A stretch of DNA of 64,000 nucleotides, taken from assembly GCF_963921235.1 (NCBI RefSeq), contig NC_086107.1, forward strand, positions 100,318,001-100,382,000, written 5' to 3'. This document shows positions 1-13,200 of this stretch, in pieces. The first letter of the stretch is position 1, and each line of letters opens with the position of its first letter. The notes under the pieces are model-generated. The model was not told the DNA's origin, searched no databases, and saw nothing but the letters and a program-made list of their open reading frames with translations. The translations under genes were made by a program, and so were the position numbers. The stretch is from Mobula hypostoma. Lineage: Eukaryota.

Positions 1-378
1 CTTCCTAATAGTAATCAACAGAGTTCATACAGTGTACGCTGCCACATTCTTTTGACTATAAATGAACAAAATTGGTGCAGACACCTAGTGCAGATAATGG
101 AATGCCTTCATACAGTGCTTTTAATGGCTGCATCCTCTAAGTCTTCACTTTCATTGTAACATTCAAGCTGATTGTTAATATCTTCAAACTTTTCGTAGTC
201 GCTAACTTGCTGAAGTAGTGAAATCGTTTCATTTTCACTCCCAGCTGTTTCTGGCATCTCCAAGCCTGAATGCTTGAAACCGCAGTGAGGAAAACAGTTC
301 TGAATTGTCTTTCTGTTTTATTTCTCACCAACTATCAGTGACAAAAATCACTGCTTTTTGAACATAAAGACAAACACA

Positions 379-1243
379 GATGAGAAATAACATCTGACAG
401 TCAACACTGGCACACCTCAAGGATGCGTGCTTAGCCCATCGCTCTTCTCTCTACAACCACGTGCGTGTGGCTCAACCACCATCTACAAATTTGCCGATGA
501 CACAACTATTGTTGGCAGAATTTCAGTGAGTAATGAAGAGGTGTACAGGAGTGAGACAGAATAGATCAGCTGGTTGTGGGGTGTTGTAGCAACAACCTCA
601 CCCTCAATGTCAGTAAAACTAAGGAATGGATTGTGACTTCAGGAAGGGGAAGTTGAGGAAACACACACCAGTCCTCATCAAGGGATCAGCAGTGGTAAGG
701 GTGAGCAGTTTCAAGGTCCAAGGTATCAACACCTCTGAGGATCTATCCTAGCCCAACATATTGATGCACTTACAAAGAAGGCATGACAGTGGCTATATTT
801 CATTAAGAGTTAGAGGAGACTTAGTATGTCATCAAAGACTCTCGCACATTTCTACAGATGTACCATGGAGATCATTCTGACTGGTTGCATCACCATCTGA
901 TATGAAGGGGGCATTGAACAGGATTGGAAAAAGCTGCAGGAAGCCGCAAACTCAGCCAGTTCCATCATGAGCACTAGCCTCCCCAGCATTAAGGACATCT
1001 TCAAAAGGCAATGCCTCAAAAAGGCAGCAACTATCGTTAAGGACTCCCATCAGCCAGGACGTGCTCTCTTCTCAAATGGATAATGAACACATGAACACTA
1101 CCTCACTATTGCACCCCCCACACACTTTTTTTGCACTACTTATTTAATTTAATTTTGCATAGCATATTGTTCTTAATTATGCATTGTGATGTACTGCTGC
1201 TGCAAAGCATCGAATATCATGGCGTGTGTCAGTGATATTAAAC
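379..1243 (+). mobile_element. Degraded Rex1/Babar-type LINE, RT to 3' tail
   Basis: Encodes NTGTPQGCVLSP and KFADDTTIVG with stops and frameshifts. Confidence 0.8.
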
Positions 1244-1244
1244 C

Positions 1245-3003
1245 ATGGGTAGAGAAGGCGATGAGGTCCTGCAAAGTGAGTTCAGGGAGTTAGGTACCAA
1301 GTTAAAGGAAAGGACGTCCACAGTGATCTCAGGATCGCTACCTGTGCCATGTGCTAGTGAGGCCAGAAATAAGGAAGATAATACAGTTTAACACATGGCA
1401 AAAAAGATGGTGCAGGAGGGAAAGTGGGACCTGTGAAGATGGGATGGAACTGGAGGGGGACCAATATCTTTGCAGGAAGGTTTGTTAGTGCTGTATGGGG
1501 AATTTAAACTAGAGTTGCAGAGGGATAGGAACCAGAGCATCAGAACAGATAGTGAAGTAGCTCTAGGGAAAAATATCATTAACCCTGTATACATTTCAGG
1601 AATCGAAAGGCTGAGCATAGAGGGACTGATGTTCTAGGTTGTGTATATTCTAATACAAAGAATATTGTAGGAAAGGCAGGTGAGCTTAGGGCATGGATTG
1701 CCATGTGAAATTATGACACTGTAGCTATTAGTGATGCTTGGTTGCAGGAGGAGCAGGACTGGCAGCTCAATGTTCCAAGATTCCATTGACTTAGACGTGA
1801 TAGATAAAGGGAGAAGGCTGGCATTACTAATGAGGGAAAAAGTCATGGCAGTGCTCGTCAGGACAGACTGGAAAGCTTGGCTAGTGAGGCTATATATGGG
1901 TGGAACTGAGGACTAAGAAAGGGATGACCACATTAATGGGATTATATCATAGACCACCTAATAGTCAGCAGGATTTAGAGAAGCAAGTTTATAGAGAGAT
2001 CACAAACTGTTGCAAAAAAACACAAGGTAATAGTAGGCAATTTTAACTTTCCACATATTGACTGTTATCCCATGGAGTAACAGAGATGGATGGGATAGAG
2101 TTTGTCAAAAGTGTTCAGGGAAGTTTTCTTAATCAAAACATAGAGGTCCCAGCTAGAGAAACTGTGATACTGGATCTCCTATTAGAGAATGAGACAGGGC
2201 AGGTGACAGAAGATGGTGCATTAAGTTTGTTTGTTTATTAACTGATTGATTGAGATGCAACGCAGAACAGGCCCTTCCGGCCCTTTGAGCCGCACTGCCC
2301 AGCAATCCCCTGATTTAATCCTAACCTAATCGTGGGACAATTTACAATAACCAATTAACCTACCAACCAGTATACATTTGGACTGTGGAAGGAAACTGGA
2401 GCTTCTGGAAGAAGCCCAAACTTACTGTGTACGGGAGTTGGGATGTTATGCTGAATTTGTTTAAGACATAGGTGAGGCCTAATTTGGAGTATTGTGTGCA
2501 GTTCAGGTCACCTACCTGCAGGAAAGGCGTCAATAAAATTGAAAGAAGAATTACAAGGATGGTGCCAGGAATTGAGGACCTGAGTTACAGGGAAAGGTTG
2601 AACAGGTTAGGACTTTCTTCCCTACAGCATAGGAGAATGAGGGGAGATTTGATGGAGGTATACAAAATTATCAGGGTTATAGAAAGGTAAATGAAAGAAG
2701 GCTTTTTCCACTGAGATTGGGTGACATTAGAACTAGAGGTCATGGGTTAAGGGTGAAAGGTGAAATGTTTAAGGGGATCTTCTTCACTCAGAAGGTGACG
2801 AGAGTGTAGAACGAGCTGCCAGCCAGAGTGGTAGATGTGGGTTTGATTTCAAAATTTAAGAGAAACCTGAATAGGTACATGGATGAAAAGGGTATGGAGG
2901 GCTATGGTCCAGGTGTGGGTCGATGGGACTAGGGCAGATTAATAGTTCGGTACAGACTATCTGGGCCAAAGGGCCAGTCACTGTGCTGTAGTACTCTGTG
3001 ACT
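1245..3003 (+). mobile_element. Degraded CR1 LINE (ORF1 remnant, endonuclease, 3' end), interrupted by a minus-strand SINE at ~2250-2420
   Basis: YHRPPNS-like endonuclease motif; ORF 2472..2690 RPNLEYCVQF...RRMRGDLMEVYKII. Confidence 0.8.
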
Positions 3004-3361
3004 ACCCATTCCGAAGCTGTAGACATTGTTTGCTGTAGTACTCTGTGACTACCATTTGTAGAGGTTGTTTACAAGGCAAACCTTTTTAACTGATGTTATC
3101 GATTAGGTAGTAAACAAACTTCTGGAACCATAAGCCTGTGTGACAAAAGCGCTTCTACAAAGGCTGTGGGTATGGACTTCCAGGAATTTGACCTAGTCTG
3201 AGATGCTTCCAGTGGTGTAACTGGAAATATGCCACTGGAGATGTAATAGTGTGCGATGCAAATAACAGCGTTATGCAGCCGATTCCACGGTGATTATAGG
3301 TTTGGGAACTCAACTCCAAAGCAAAAACCAAATAGTGACAAGGCATCAGTCCAAACAATGG

Positions 3362-3449
3362 CAGACATCCCACCTCTCCCGGAAGTGAGTCTCCTGCAAA
3401 TTGATGGTGCTACCTCCCTGAAATGAGTTTTTGCAGGGTGGGATGTCTG
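3362..3449. mobile_element. 88-bp MITE with 13-bp TIR (cagacatcccacc) and 6-bp TSD (caatgg)
   Basis: TIRs at 3362-3374 and 3437-3449; caatgg at 3356-3361 and 3450-3455. Confidence 0.75.
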
Positions 3450-3504
3450 CAATGGGCACAAAAATGCAAGGCAACTGCTGCTTTCCATGCTCAGCAACTT
3501 GTTT

Positions 3505-3515
3505 TCAAGAACCAT
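3505..3515 (-). CDS. Candidate terminal coding exon segment (phase 1: N-G-S-stop), followed by putative 3'UTR
   Basis: Acceptor ggtctttttttggatcag then ATGGTTCTTGA; phase fits the preceding exon but too short for homology support. Confidence 0.35.
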
Positions 3516-3704
3516 CTGATCCAAAAAAAGACCAATTATAGATACAAACTCAACTTATAACAGAGTACAAGGAGTGTTTCACCACTTCCATGGGATGACC
3601 AGATCTCAGCATTAAATGCAATGCCAGTCTGCTCATCCTCAAAAACTGACATGGTTGTGATCCGGTAAAAGACTGCCCACAACTCCTAAAACAAAAACAC
3701 CCAC

Positions 3705-3990
3705 TGGCATGGTGGCAATGCAATTGGCACAACCCTTTACAACTCTTGCCAGTCTCTGTAAGGAGTTTGTACATTCTCCCCGTGACCACATGGGTTTCCT
3801 CTGGGTGCTCCCCTTCCTTCGCACAATCAAAAAAAAGTTGCACAAGTTAGGGTCAGTGAGTCGTGGGCATGCCATGTTGCTGCTGGAAACATGTTGACAT
3901 TTGCAGGCTGCCCCCAGCACGTTCGGGACACCAACAGTGCATTTCACTGCATGCTTCGATGCACGTGTGACAAATTAAAGCTACCTTCTT
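3705..3990 (+). mobile_element. tRNA-derived V-SINE/HE1-like SINE (degraded)
   Basis: V-domain-like ggagtttgtacattctccccgtgaccacatgggtttcctctgggtgctcc. Confidence 0.7.
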
Positions 3991-4006
3991 TATCCTTAAA
4001 ACTTAC

Positions 4007-4265
4007 TCTGTGTAAAGTTGTGCTGGAACGTAACTGAGGTAGATCCAGTAGGCGCGGTGGTGGAGACGGTGGCTTCTGGTGCAAAGCTCAGCAGGTTGAG
4101 TGGCAGCTGGAAGGGAAGGGAAACAGGAACCAGACTGCCCAACATGCTGAATGCTGCCGCCGTGTTCAAGGATGCAGACGTCGCATTGAGATTTGTTACA
4201 TTCAGGGGGGATGGCATGAGAGTCAGCGGTGACGTGTTTGCCAACAATGTTGATCCAGAAGTCAC
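4007..4265 (-). CDS. UBN1/UBN2: Ubinuclein exon (259 nt, 0/1): [25 protein letters not shown]...[16 protein letters not shown]...FQHNFTQ
   Basis: ORF 3996..4265; acceptor ctccctttccag, donor gtaagt; UBN2-like C-terminal motif. Confidence 0.9.
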
Positions 4266-7200
4266 CTGGAAAGGGAGGTAAAAAGAAATGAATGCAAAAA
4301 GGAAATAAAGATATCATGGAATCCTCCTCTAAAGTATTTTCTGAACCAAACATTTCATTGCTAACCAAGTTCATTTACTGACTGGGTAAGATGACAACCT
4401 GCTACGAGGATAGCAGCTCCTGCCCATCAATTGTTAAGCACTGACCCCACTTGAATGTAGACACCAGCCACGCACAAACTAATCATACACTGCTGAACTC
4501 AACTTTCAGCCATTGGAGCAGTGAGCCAGTCGGTTGTTTGAAAGGAGAACAAAGTTTAAAGATAAACACACAAAATGCCAGAGGAACTCAGCAGGCCAGG
4601 CAGCATCACTGGAAAAGAGTAAACAGTCAACGTTTTGGGCTGAGAACCTTCATCAGGAATGGAGAGGAAAGGGAGAAGTCAGGGTAAGAATATGGGGGGA
4701 GATGAGGAAGAAGTTCAAGGTGGCAGGCGATAGGTGAAACAAAGAGCTGGGAAGTTGATTGGAGAAAGAGATAAAGGACTGGAGAAGGGAGAAAGAGATA
4801 AAGGACCGGAGAAGGGAGAATCTGATAGCAGAGGACAAAAGAAAGAGAAGGGGATGAAGACCAGAGTTAGGTGATGGGCAGGTGAGAAGGGGTGAGAGAG
4901 GGAAACAGGAATGGGGTATAATTACCAGAAGTTCGAGAAATCAATGTTCATGCCACCAGGTTGGACGCTACCCAGACGGAATATAAACTTAAAGATCATT
5001 TGGGTAGTTTTGGTGGGAGGCTCCACCAGGAATGGCCTCAAGCCCGGCTTCGAGAGGAGGAGGGGTGGATGGGGCTAGCAACCCCATCCAGTAAAAACCC
5101 AATGTGACAGAAATGCCAACAGAAGTTCCAAAGACCTCATTCCTGGGAGATCAAGGATACACCACGATGACTACATCTGGAGACAGTGTGAAAGACTGCC
5201 CCAGGTCAGGGGACTGAGGCAACCTTCTATCAGCAGCCTAAGGCCCAGTAGGGGTGAGGAGCTTAATTAGGTTGGTGGGAGGGTGAAGGTGGGGGAAGAG
5301 AGAGGAGACGAGGGGTGGGGGGAGGGAGCAACAGCACATTGCAACTGATTGAAGTTCCACCTGCTTGGGAAGAACCTGTCTTTGCAACAAAACATAGTCT
5401 AAAAGACAAGAAGGCAGGGAATCACGATGTTGAGGGTCATTACCTGGATACCAGCGGATGATCCTGAGGCAGAGGAAGTTCTGTGAAGGGAGGGCAGCAT
5501 TTTTATAGCAACCTGAGCACCACTTCCGGTCCCCCCACTCACATTAGTCCTTGTGCCAGCTCCGGTCGGGCTGCCCCTGTTAGCGGCCGAATTGCTCACA
5601 GTCCCGGTCCTGCTGACAGAGGCGCTGGAGCTGACGGTGCAGCGGCTGGTGGTGCTGGGGCCCACTGATCCGGCAGCACTGCTCCTCCCTGCTGCTCCAC
5701 TGCTCTTGACGGGCACCCCGCTCGTGCTCAAGCTGCTGCGGCTGACTGTGGCGGCCGCGCCGGTTTTGCCGGGTGTGGCGGGACCGGAAGGGCTGGCCAG
5801 TTTCTGAGGCACTGAGGTTTTTTTCACAAGGGACGCTGACTGCTGTTGACCGATGGCCGAGCTGGCGGATGACGGCCTGTTGGAGAGTTTGGCACTGCCT
5901 TGCCTGCTGGCGGAGCCCCCGCCCGGATTACCCGTCCCCGCTGACACACTCTGGCTCCCTGTGCTGGAAGTGGTGGCAGTCTTGAGAGGGCCAGCCATGG
6001 TAAACGGAGGCTTGAAGCCTTGCACCGAGGTGCTGACGGGTACCGTGGCTTTCGGCAAGTAACTGCCAGAGGTAGATGGGCTGACGCTCGTCCGAGAGGC
6101 CAAACTGTGGGGGACGTGTGTGCTGCTGGTGGCCGAGGGGGCAAACGATGTCTGGTAGGCAGCCGGCTTCTCTGACACCTGCGGCAAGTGACTCGAGAGC
6201 AGGTGCTGCGGACAGGTGTTCAGCTTCACCACAGGGTTCTGGTGAACCTTGCTGATGACGTGTGAGGGAGACGTGAGGCTGTTGTGATGCACGCTGGACT
6301 GGGGGGACTGCTTGTTGATTTGGGCCTGCGACTGGCTCTGCCTCTGTGCACCAGACTGCTGCTGTTTGGCCGTGCAGGCCACAGAAGGAGCCTTGGGTGC
6401 CTGCGGCGAAGGAGCTGTGTAGCCAGCTATCAAGCTGCTCATTCCTGGTCGACCTGCATCCTGGAATTTCTTGGTGCTTGAACTGTGACCAAACAAATGA
6501 CTGAAGGTCGAAGGTACGGGGGAAAGTGTGGATGCTTTCGGAGAGGGTGTGGTCGCCTTTGCTGACGGTGTTGTCACCTTCGGAGAAGGCGTGGTCACTT
6601 TTGGAGAGGACGTGGCTTCTTTTGGTGATGTGGCAAGTTTTGGGGATGATGCGACAAGTTTTGGGGAGGATGCGACAAGTTTTGGGGAGGATGCAGCTTC
6701 TTTTGGAGAAACTGTCAGAGGTGTGGCCTTGGCCACAACCTTTTTATCCTCTTTCATCATAGGCTGTGGCCGTGGTGTGCCTGGGACAGAATTATTTACA
6801 ATTCTGGTGGTCTTGGGTGTGCTGTTGAAGACAGACAACGCATCTGACACAGATTCTAAGGAAGGGGGTTTAATGGTTAGATCCTCATCCAGAGAATCAT
6901 CCAAGTAAATAGTGTCTTGGTTTGGGGTACAACTGGAACTCGAGATATTGATAGATGTGATGTTGCCCATTGGCAGCCCCTTCAGCCCAGCATCGGCAGG
7001 CGCAGAAAGCTTCTGTTCTTTCTTTGGGCTTAAATCCTATTTAAATGGGAAAAAAAAAGCACAAAAATGTGACATGTTAGCAACTGTAAAAGTTGTCAGA
7101 TAACCTCAACTCCCACCCAAATTTCACAATAACCTTTTGCGGGACAACTTTTCTTTTAACTAACACACACAAGATGCTGGAGGAACTCAGCAGGCCAGGC

Positions 7201-10200
7201 TGCATCTATGGAAAAGAGTAAACAGTTGTTTTGGGCTGAGACTCTTCGTCAGGATTGGAAAGGATGGGGAGAAGTCAGAGTAAGAAGGTGGGGAGAGGGG
7301 AGGAAGAAGCACAAGGTGGCAGGTGATAGGTAAAAGAGATAACGGGCTGGAGAAGGATGAATCTGACAGATAAGGGTAGAAGACCATGGAAGAAAGGGAA
7401 GTGGGAGGAGCTCCAGAGGGAGGTGATGGGTAGGTAAGGCGATAAGGTGAGAGAGGGAAGCAGGAATGGGGAATGTTGAAGGAGGGGTGCAGATACTTGA
7501 AGTTTGAGAAATCAATGTCCTTATCTATCCCAATTACAAACTTTGAGGTTTCCACCACTGACACCATCTACATGAGGTCCCGCCCCAAGACGATGCCATC
7601 TATCATCAAAGACCTCCACCATCTGCATCATGCCCTCTTCTCACTGCTTTGTGGGCAGGAGGTTTAAGTCCCATACCACCAGGTTCAAGAACAGCTACTT
7701 TCCTACAAACCACTGGGTTCTTGCCAACCTGCACCTCAGCAACGGATCACCTCTTGCATTACCTGATTGTGTTCTGGTTTTGCACTAATTTTTTTTTTAC
7801 TTTGCACACTTTTGCCCCACTGCCTTGTAATAGTTCATGTTCTGTGTTGTCTGAGTGTACATGCCTGTGCCTCTGCAAGCAAGTCCTTTGTTGTAGTGAG
7901 ACCTCACCGTATATTTCTGCATATGAAAAGAAGCTCAGCTTGAGGGGACTGCCTGAACTTGACAGCTGCAAGAAGGCAATACCTATCATTAAAGACCCTC
8001 ACCAGCCAGGACACGCCCTCTTCTCATTACTACAGTCAGGGAGAAGGTAAAGGAGCCTGAGGACGCCCATTCAACGTCTTAGGCACAGCCGCTTCCCTCT
8101 GCCGTCAGATTTCTGAACAGTCCATGAACTCATTAAATCACTATTCTGCTCTCTTTTTGCACTTTCTATTTCTTTTTTATATAAATTTCTTACTGTAACT
8201 TACAGTAACTTTTTAATATTGCACTGTACTGCAGCCACAAAACAACAAATTTCACGACACCTGTCAGTGACAATAAACCTAATTCTGATAGGTGCCATGC
8301 GGTGGTGGTGAGGGCAAGTGGTGACACTGGGTTCCTGGGCTGCTGAGGGTTGGAGAGAGTGGAGACGGGGCATGACAGGAGGAGAAAAGTAGGGAATGAA
8401 GTCCGGCAAGAATTGGGAGCAGGGGACAAGGCCAAGTGGTGACACTGGGTTCCTGGGCTGCTGAGGGTTGGAGAGAGTGGAGACAGGGCATGACAGGAGG
8501 AGAAAAGTAGGGAATGAAGTCCGGCAAGAATTGGGAGCAGGGGACAAGGCCAATGGGGTAGGGTTGGGGAGGTGTGGAGAGCAACACAACCAAAGAGATA
8601 AAGGAGGGTTGGGAGGGAAGTTTACTGAGAGCAGAGCAGTTAGCACAATGACATTACAGCTCAGGACGACGGAGTTTGGAGTTCAATTCCAGCGCCGTCT
8701 GTAAAGAATATGTACACCCTCCCTGTGACCACGTGGGTTTCCTCCCAGAGTCCAATGGCAGTTAATAGGTCATTGTAAATTGTCCTGTGTTTAGGCTAGG
8801 GTTAAAGTATGTGGGTCACTAGGCAGCGTTGGATCAGAAGGACCTGTCCATGCTGTATTTCTAAATAAATAAAAATATATAATTTTGCAGAAGTGGTGGA
8901 AAGCCTGAGCATGGAGAAACAAGGTGTCCTGGAAAGTAACTACTGGGAGAGAGATTATTCCTACCTTAGTTTTAGACATCCATTTTGCAATCCAGCTGAA
9001 ATTACTAAACCTAAACTTGTCATCGCACACTGCTGCTGTTAGCTAGTTAAATAAATTACCTGTAAGCTTGAGGAAGGAAGCAAAAGGAACAGGAAATAGA
9101 AGGATTTACCTTAACTTTTGGTTTCGGTGCCAGTATCACCTTCTTCTTGGCTCTAAGAAAGGAAAGACAGTGAGGAAAGGAACTTGACTGCAACAACCTA
9201 TACAGTATTTTATAAATAATGTTGTAAATCCAAATGTATTACACAGTTGCCATCTGAAAGTGAAAGAAACATTAATGATCATTTATCTGGCTACATGAAT
9301 ACAATAAAACACAGATGCATGAAACAATTCCCCACCTTTCTACAAAGATTAATTTTATAGTTAGAGACATAAACAGCCACAATCAACTTTGACCCATTAA
9401 GAGAGACTGGCTCAGGAAGACTCCAGGTGACTGCAAAACCTGTTCAAAGATGGAGTCTGGGTCTTTGTGGGAGGAGTGAAAATAATGAACAATAAAAACA
9501 AATGGTTTCTACTCACGGTGTGGCTGTCAGATGATTATGCACTTTCTTGCTCTCCTTCAGCAGCATCCTGCAACAAAACACAGAGTCAATATCAAGGTCC
9601 ACGACCAGGTCCAAATAGCAGTTTTGAGAATGATATAACATAGCTGAAGGAGCAGGTAGAGATGAGGAAGCAGGAGCCTGCAAAAAGACTTCGATAGATT
9701 AAGCGAATGGGCAAAGAAATAGCAGAGGGAATATTATGTAGGGGAGTACAGTTGCAAGAAAAAGTTTGTGACCCTTTGCAATTACCTGGTTTTCTGCATT
9801 AATTACTCATAAAATGTGTTCTGATCTTCATTTAAGTCACAATAAAAGACGAACACTATCTGCTTAAACCAATAACACACAGACAATTGTACTTGTCATG
9901 TCTTTATTGAACACATTGTTCACAGTCCTAGCTGGAAAAAGTACGTGAACCCTTATATTTAATAACAGGCAGAATCTCCTTTAGCAGCAATAACCTTAAC
10001 CAAATGTTTCCTCTAGGTGCTGATCAGACTTGCACAACAGCGAGGGGGAATTTTAGACCACTCCTCCATATAAAACTGATTCAGTTCATCAACATTTCTG
10101 GCATACTATGCATGAACAACCCTCTACAAGTCATGCCACAGTATCTCAATTGGGTTAAGGTCTGGACTCTGACTTGGCCATTCCAAAACAAGAATGTTCT

Positions 10201-13200
10201 TCTTTTTAAACCATTCTGTTGTTGAATTACTCTTGTGAGTTTCAGATCATTGTCTTGTTGCATCATCCAACTTCTATTAAGCTTCAGGTGACAGACCGCT
10301 ACCCTGACATTTTCCTGTAAAATGTCTTGTTACAATTTTGAATTCGTTGTTCCCTCAACGATTGCAAGCTGTCCAGGCCCTGAGACAGCAAAGCAGTCCC
10401 AAACCATGATGCTCTTTTAACCATGCTTCACAGTTGGGATGAGGTTTTGTTTGGTGTTGGTGTGCAGTGCCTTTTTTCCTTCACAGTAGTATGCATTTCT
10501 GCCAAAAAGTTCAACTTCTGTCTCATCTGTCTACAGAACATTGTCCCAGAAGCGTTATAGAACATCCAGGTGGTATTTTGCAAACTTGAGATGTGCAGCA
10601 ATGTCTTTTTTTGTAGAGCAATGGATTCCTCAGTGGTGTCTTTCCATGAACACTATTCTTGTTCAGTGTTTTTCTTGTAGTGGACACATGAACAGAGACT
10701 TTAGCAAGCTCTAGAGATTTCTGACCGTTTTTTGCTTTTACTCTTGGGTTCTTCTTCACCTCCGTCAGCATTTCACATTGTGCTCTTGATGTGATCTTTG
10801 GAGGACACCCACTCCCAGGGAGAGTAGCAACAGTACTGAATTTCCTCCATTCGTAGACAATACTGTGGACTGATGAATACTCAGGTCTTTAGAAATGCTT
10901 TTGTAGCCTTTTCCAGCTTTATGCATCTCTACAATTCTTCTAAGATCCTCTGAAAGTTACTTTGATCGAGGTATGGTACACATAAACAGATCTTTCTTGA
11001 GAACAGCTGGGTCTGTCAGTAACCTGACTTTCTCTGTCTTTTCTCTGCATTCAGGCAGAAGTTATAAGCCCGAAAGGAAAGCTCAATGACAGATTCTATC
11101 CCACTGTTATAAGACTATTGAATGGTCCCCTAGTACAATAAGATGGACTCTTGACCTCACTGTTTACATCTTGTGTGCTTGCGTATTCCCGCTGCCTGCA
11201 GTGCATTCTCTGTAAATAGAACTCTTTATTCTGTATCCTGCTATAGTTTTACATTGTACTACCTCAATGCAATGTTGTAATGAAATGATCTTGACACGTG
11301 ACAATAATAAACCAATTTACTAAGTTCCCTCACATTTTGCCAAACTCCAGCAGATATAATGAGCTACAAGTCTATCCAGTCCCTCATAAGACAATCTGCT
11401 CATTCCAGGTTATAGTAGAGGACTGTCTCTGCTCTGCTTCTAAGGCAAAGAAGTTGGATGGGGAATCCTGCTTTAGTAAACTGTCCAAATATCACGAAAA
11501 AGCACCTGGGGAGATGGGAGTGCAATATCAGATGTTTCTGCTTTCCTTCTCCTGCTTCTTACATCCACATGATCGGACAAAGGTTATCACTGAGGAAATG
11601 CACACATCGGTCCAACTAATAAAATTACCAAGGATAATGAGGGATCATCTTCCACAAAGTAATGGGATGAGCTGGAGCTGAGAATGTCAGAGCTGCAGTG
11701 TCCGTGAGCAAGTGCAAAAACTATAAAGGCAATATTAAACCCACGTATTATTGATTATCAAGTAGATCCTGTGCTCTCTCATGTGAATCCTTTTAAGGCT
11801 CTGGTCAATTGCTGTGGCATTACCTTCAGACTCCAAATAACCTCTAGAGCAAAGACCTCCCAATTCTGAAAATTCTGTGGCACTTGGCATCAGATCCCAT
11901 TTCTGAAGAGCTGGGGAACATGAAACTGGGCAAGCAATACTATCCCAATTTCATATGGTACATCTGTTTTATAGAATTATACAAATTTCTAATTGAAGTA
12001 TGGTTAATTGTTCTTGGTTACTGCTATCTTCAGTGCTTTCTCCTGAGAATAACATTTAAAACTGGACAAGTGTGAACCATTAGGCCATTTGCCCATTAAG
12101 TCTACTTCTTCATTTGATCATTGTTGATTTATTTTGCCTTTCAACCCCATTGTCCTGCCTTCTCCTCATAACTTTTGACACCCTTACTAATCAACAACCT
12201 ATCAACACCCACTTTAAATATATCCAGTGACTTGGCCTCCACAGCCATCTGTAGTAACGAATTCTATAGATTCACTACTTTCTGACTAAAGAAATCCCTG
12301 GTCATCTCTTCTGAAGGGATATCCTTCAATTCTTGAGTTGTCCCTCTGGTCCTAGTCTCTCCTACTATTGCAAACATCCTCTCCACGTCCACTCTATTTA
12401 GGCCTTTCAATGTTTGATAGGTTTCAATGAGAATTCTGCCCCCCCCCCCCATATTTTTCTAAACTCCAGCAATTACAGGCCCAGAGCAATCAAATACTCC
12501 TCATACTTTAACCCTTTCATTCCCAGGACTATTCTTGTAAACCTCCTCTGTACCCTCTCCAATACCAGCACATCCTTTGTTAGCTATGGGGTCAAAAACT
12601 GTACATAATATCCCAGCTGCAATCTGACCAATATCAGCATTACATCCTTGCTTTCATATTCTAGTCCTCTTGAAATGAATGCAAAGATTGCATTTGCCTT
12701 CCTTACTACTGAGTTAACCTGCAATTTAACCTTTAGGGAATCCTGCATTAGGACTCCCCACTTCCTTTGCACCTCGATTTCTGAATTTGCTTTCTGTCTG
12801 TGCCTTTAATCCTTCTACCAAGTGCATGACCATACTCTTCTCTACACGGTGTTGCATCTGTCACTTCTTTGCCCATTGTTCTAATCTGTCCAAGTCCTCT
12901 TGCAAACTGCCTGCTTCCTCAACACTGCCTGCCTCTTCATCTATATTTGTATCATCTGCAAACTAGGCTAGATTTAGGAATGAATCACACATTCTTAGAA
13001 ATGTATCACATAAATCAAGAGCTTCTTTAAAATCTTTCAATCCTTAAAGGGCTAGAAGCCATTGAAAGCTACTGAATGTACTTCCATCATCTCTTTCATA
13101 AAGTCAGGACATCGGCTATATATTCAATTATGTAGTTTCTAAAATGCAGACAATATTTTTGTATAGCTAGCATGGCAGCCAAACCAATCATTGAGTTCAC

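Noticed and set aside
2984..3056. 23-bp direct repeat with a spacer, superficially CRISPR-like (also an 18-bp repeat at ~35333-35382)
   Set aside because: Only two copies, at a CR1 tail, in a eukaryotic context; no array and no cas genes.
4624..4660. Hammerhead-like motif (also ~7222-7257, ~49666-49701, ~50919-50952)
   Set aside because: Core nucleotides are mutated (GAAA, CUGA or stem II disrupted), so not called as functional.
5483..6908. Several plus-strand ORFs (e.g. the FGEDA repeat ORF 6528..6908) and CpG richness suggesting a promoter or antisense gene
   Set aside because: Explained as antisense shadows of a GC-rich, repetitive coding exon.
5399..6970. 523-aa ORF as a stand-alone gene
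   Set aside because: It is an internal ubinuclein exon: the frame is open to the acceptor at 7037 and the donor is at 5443.
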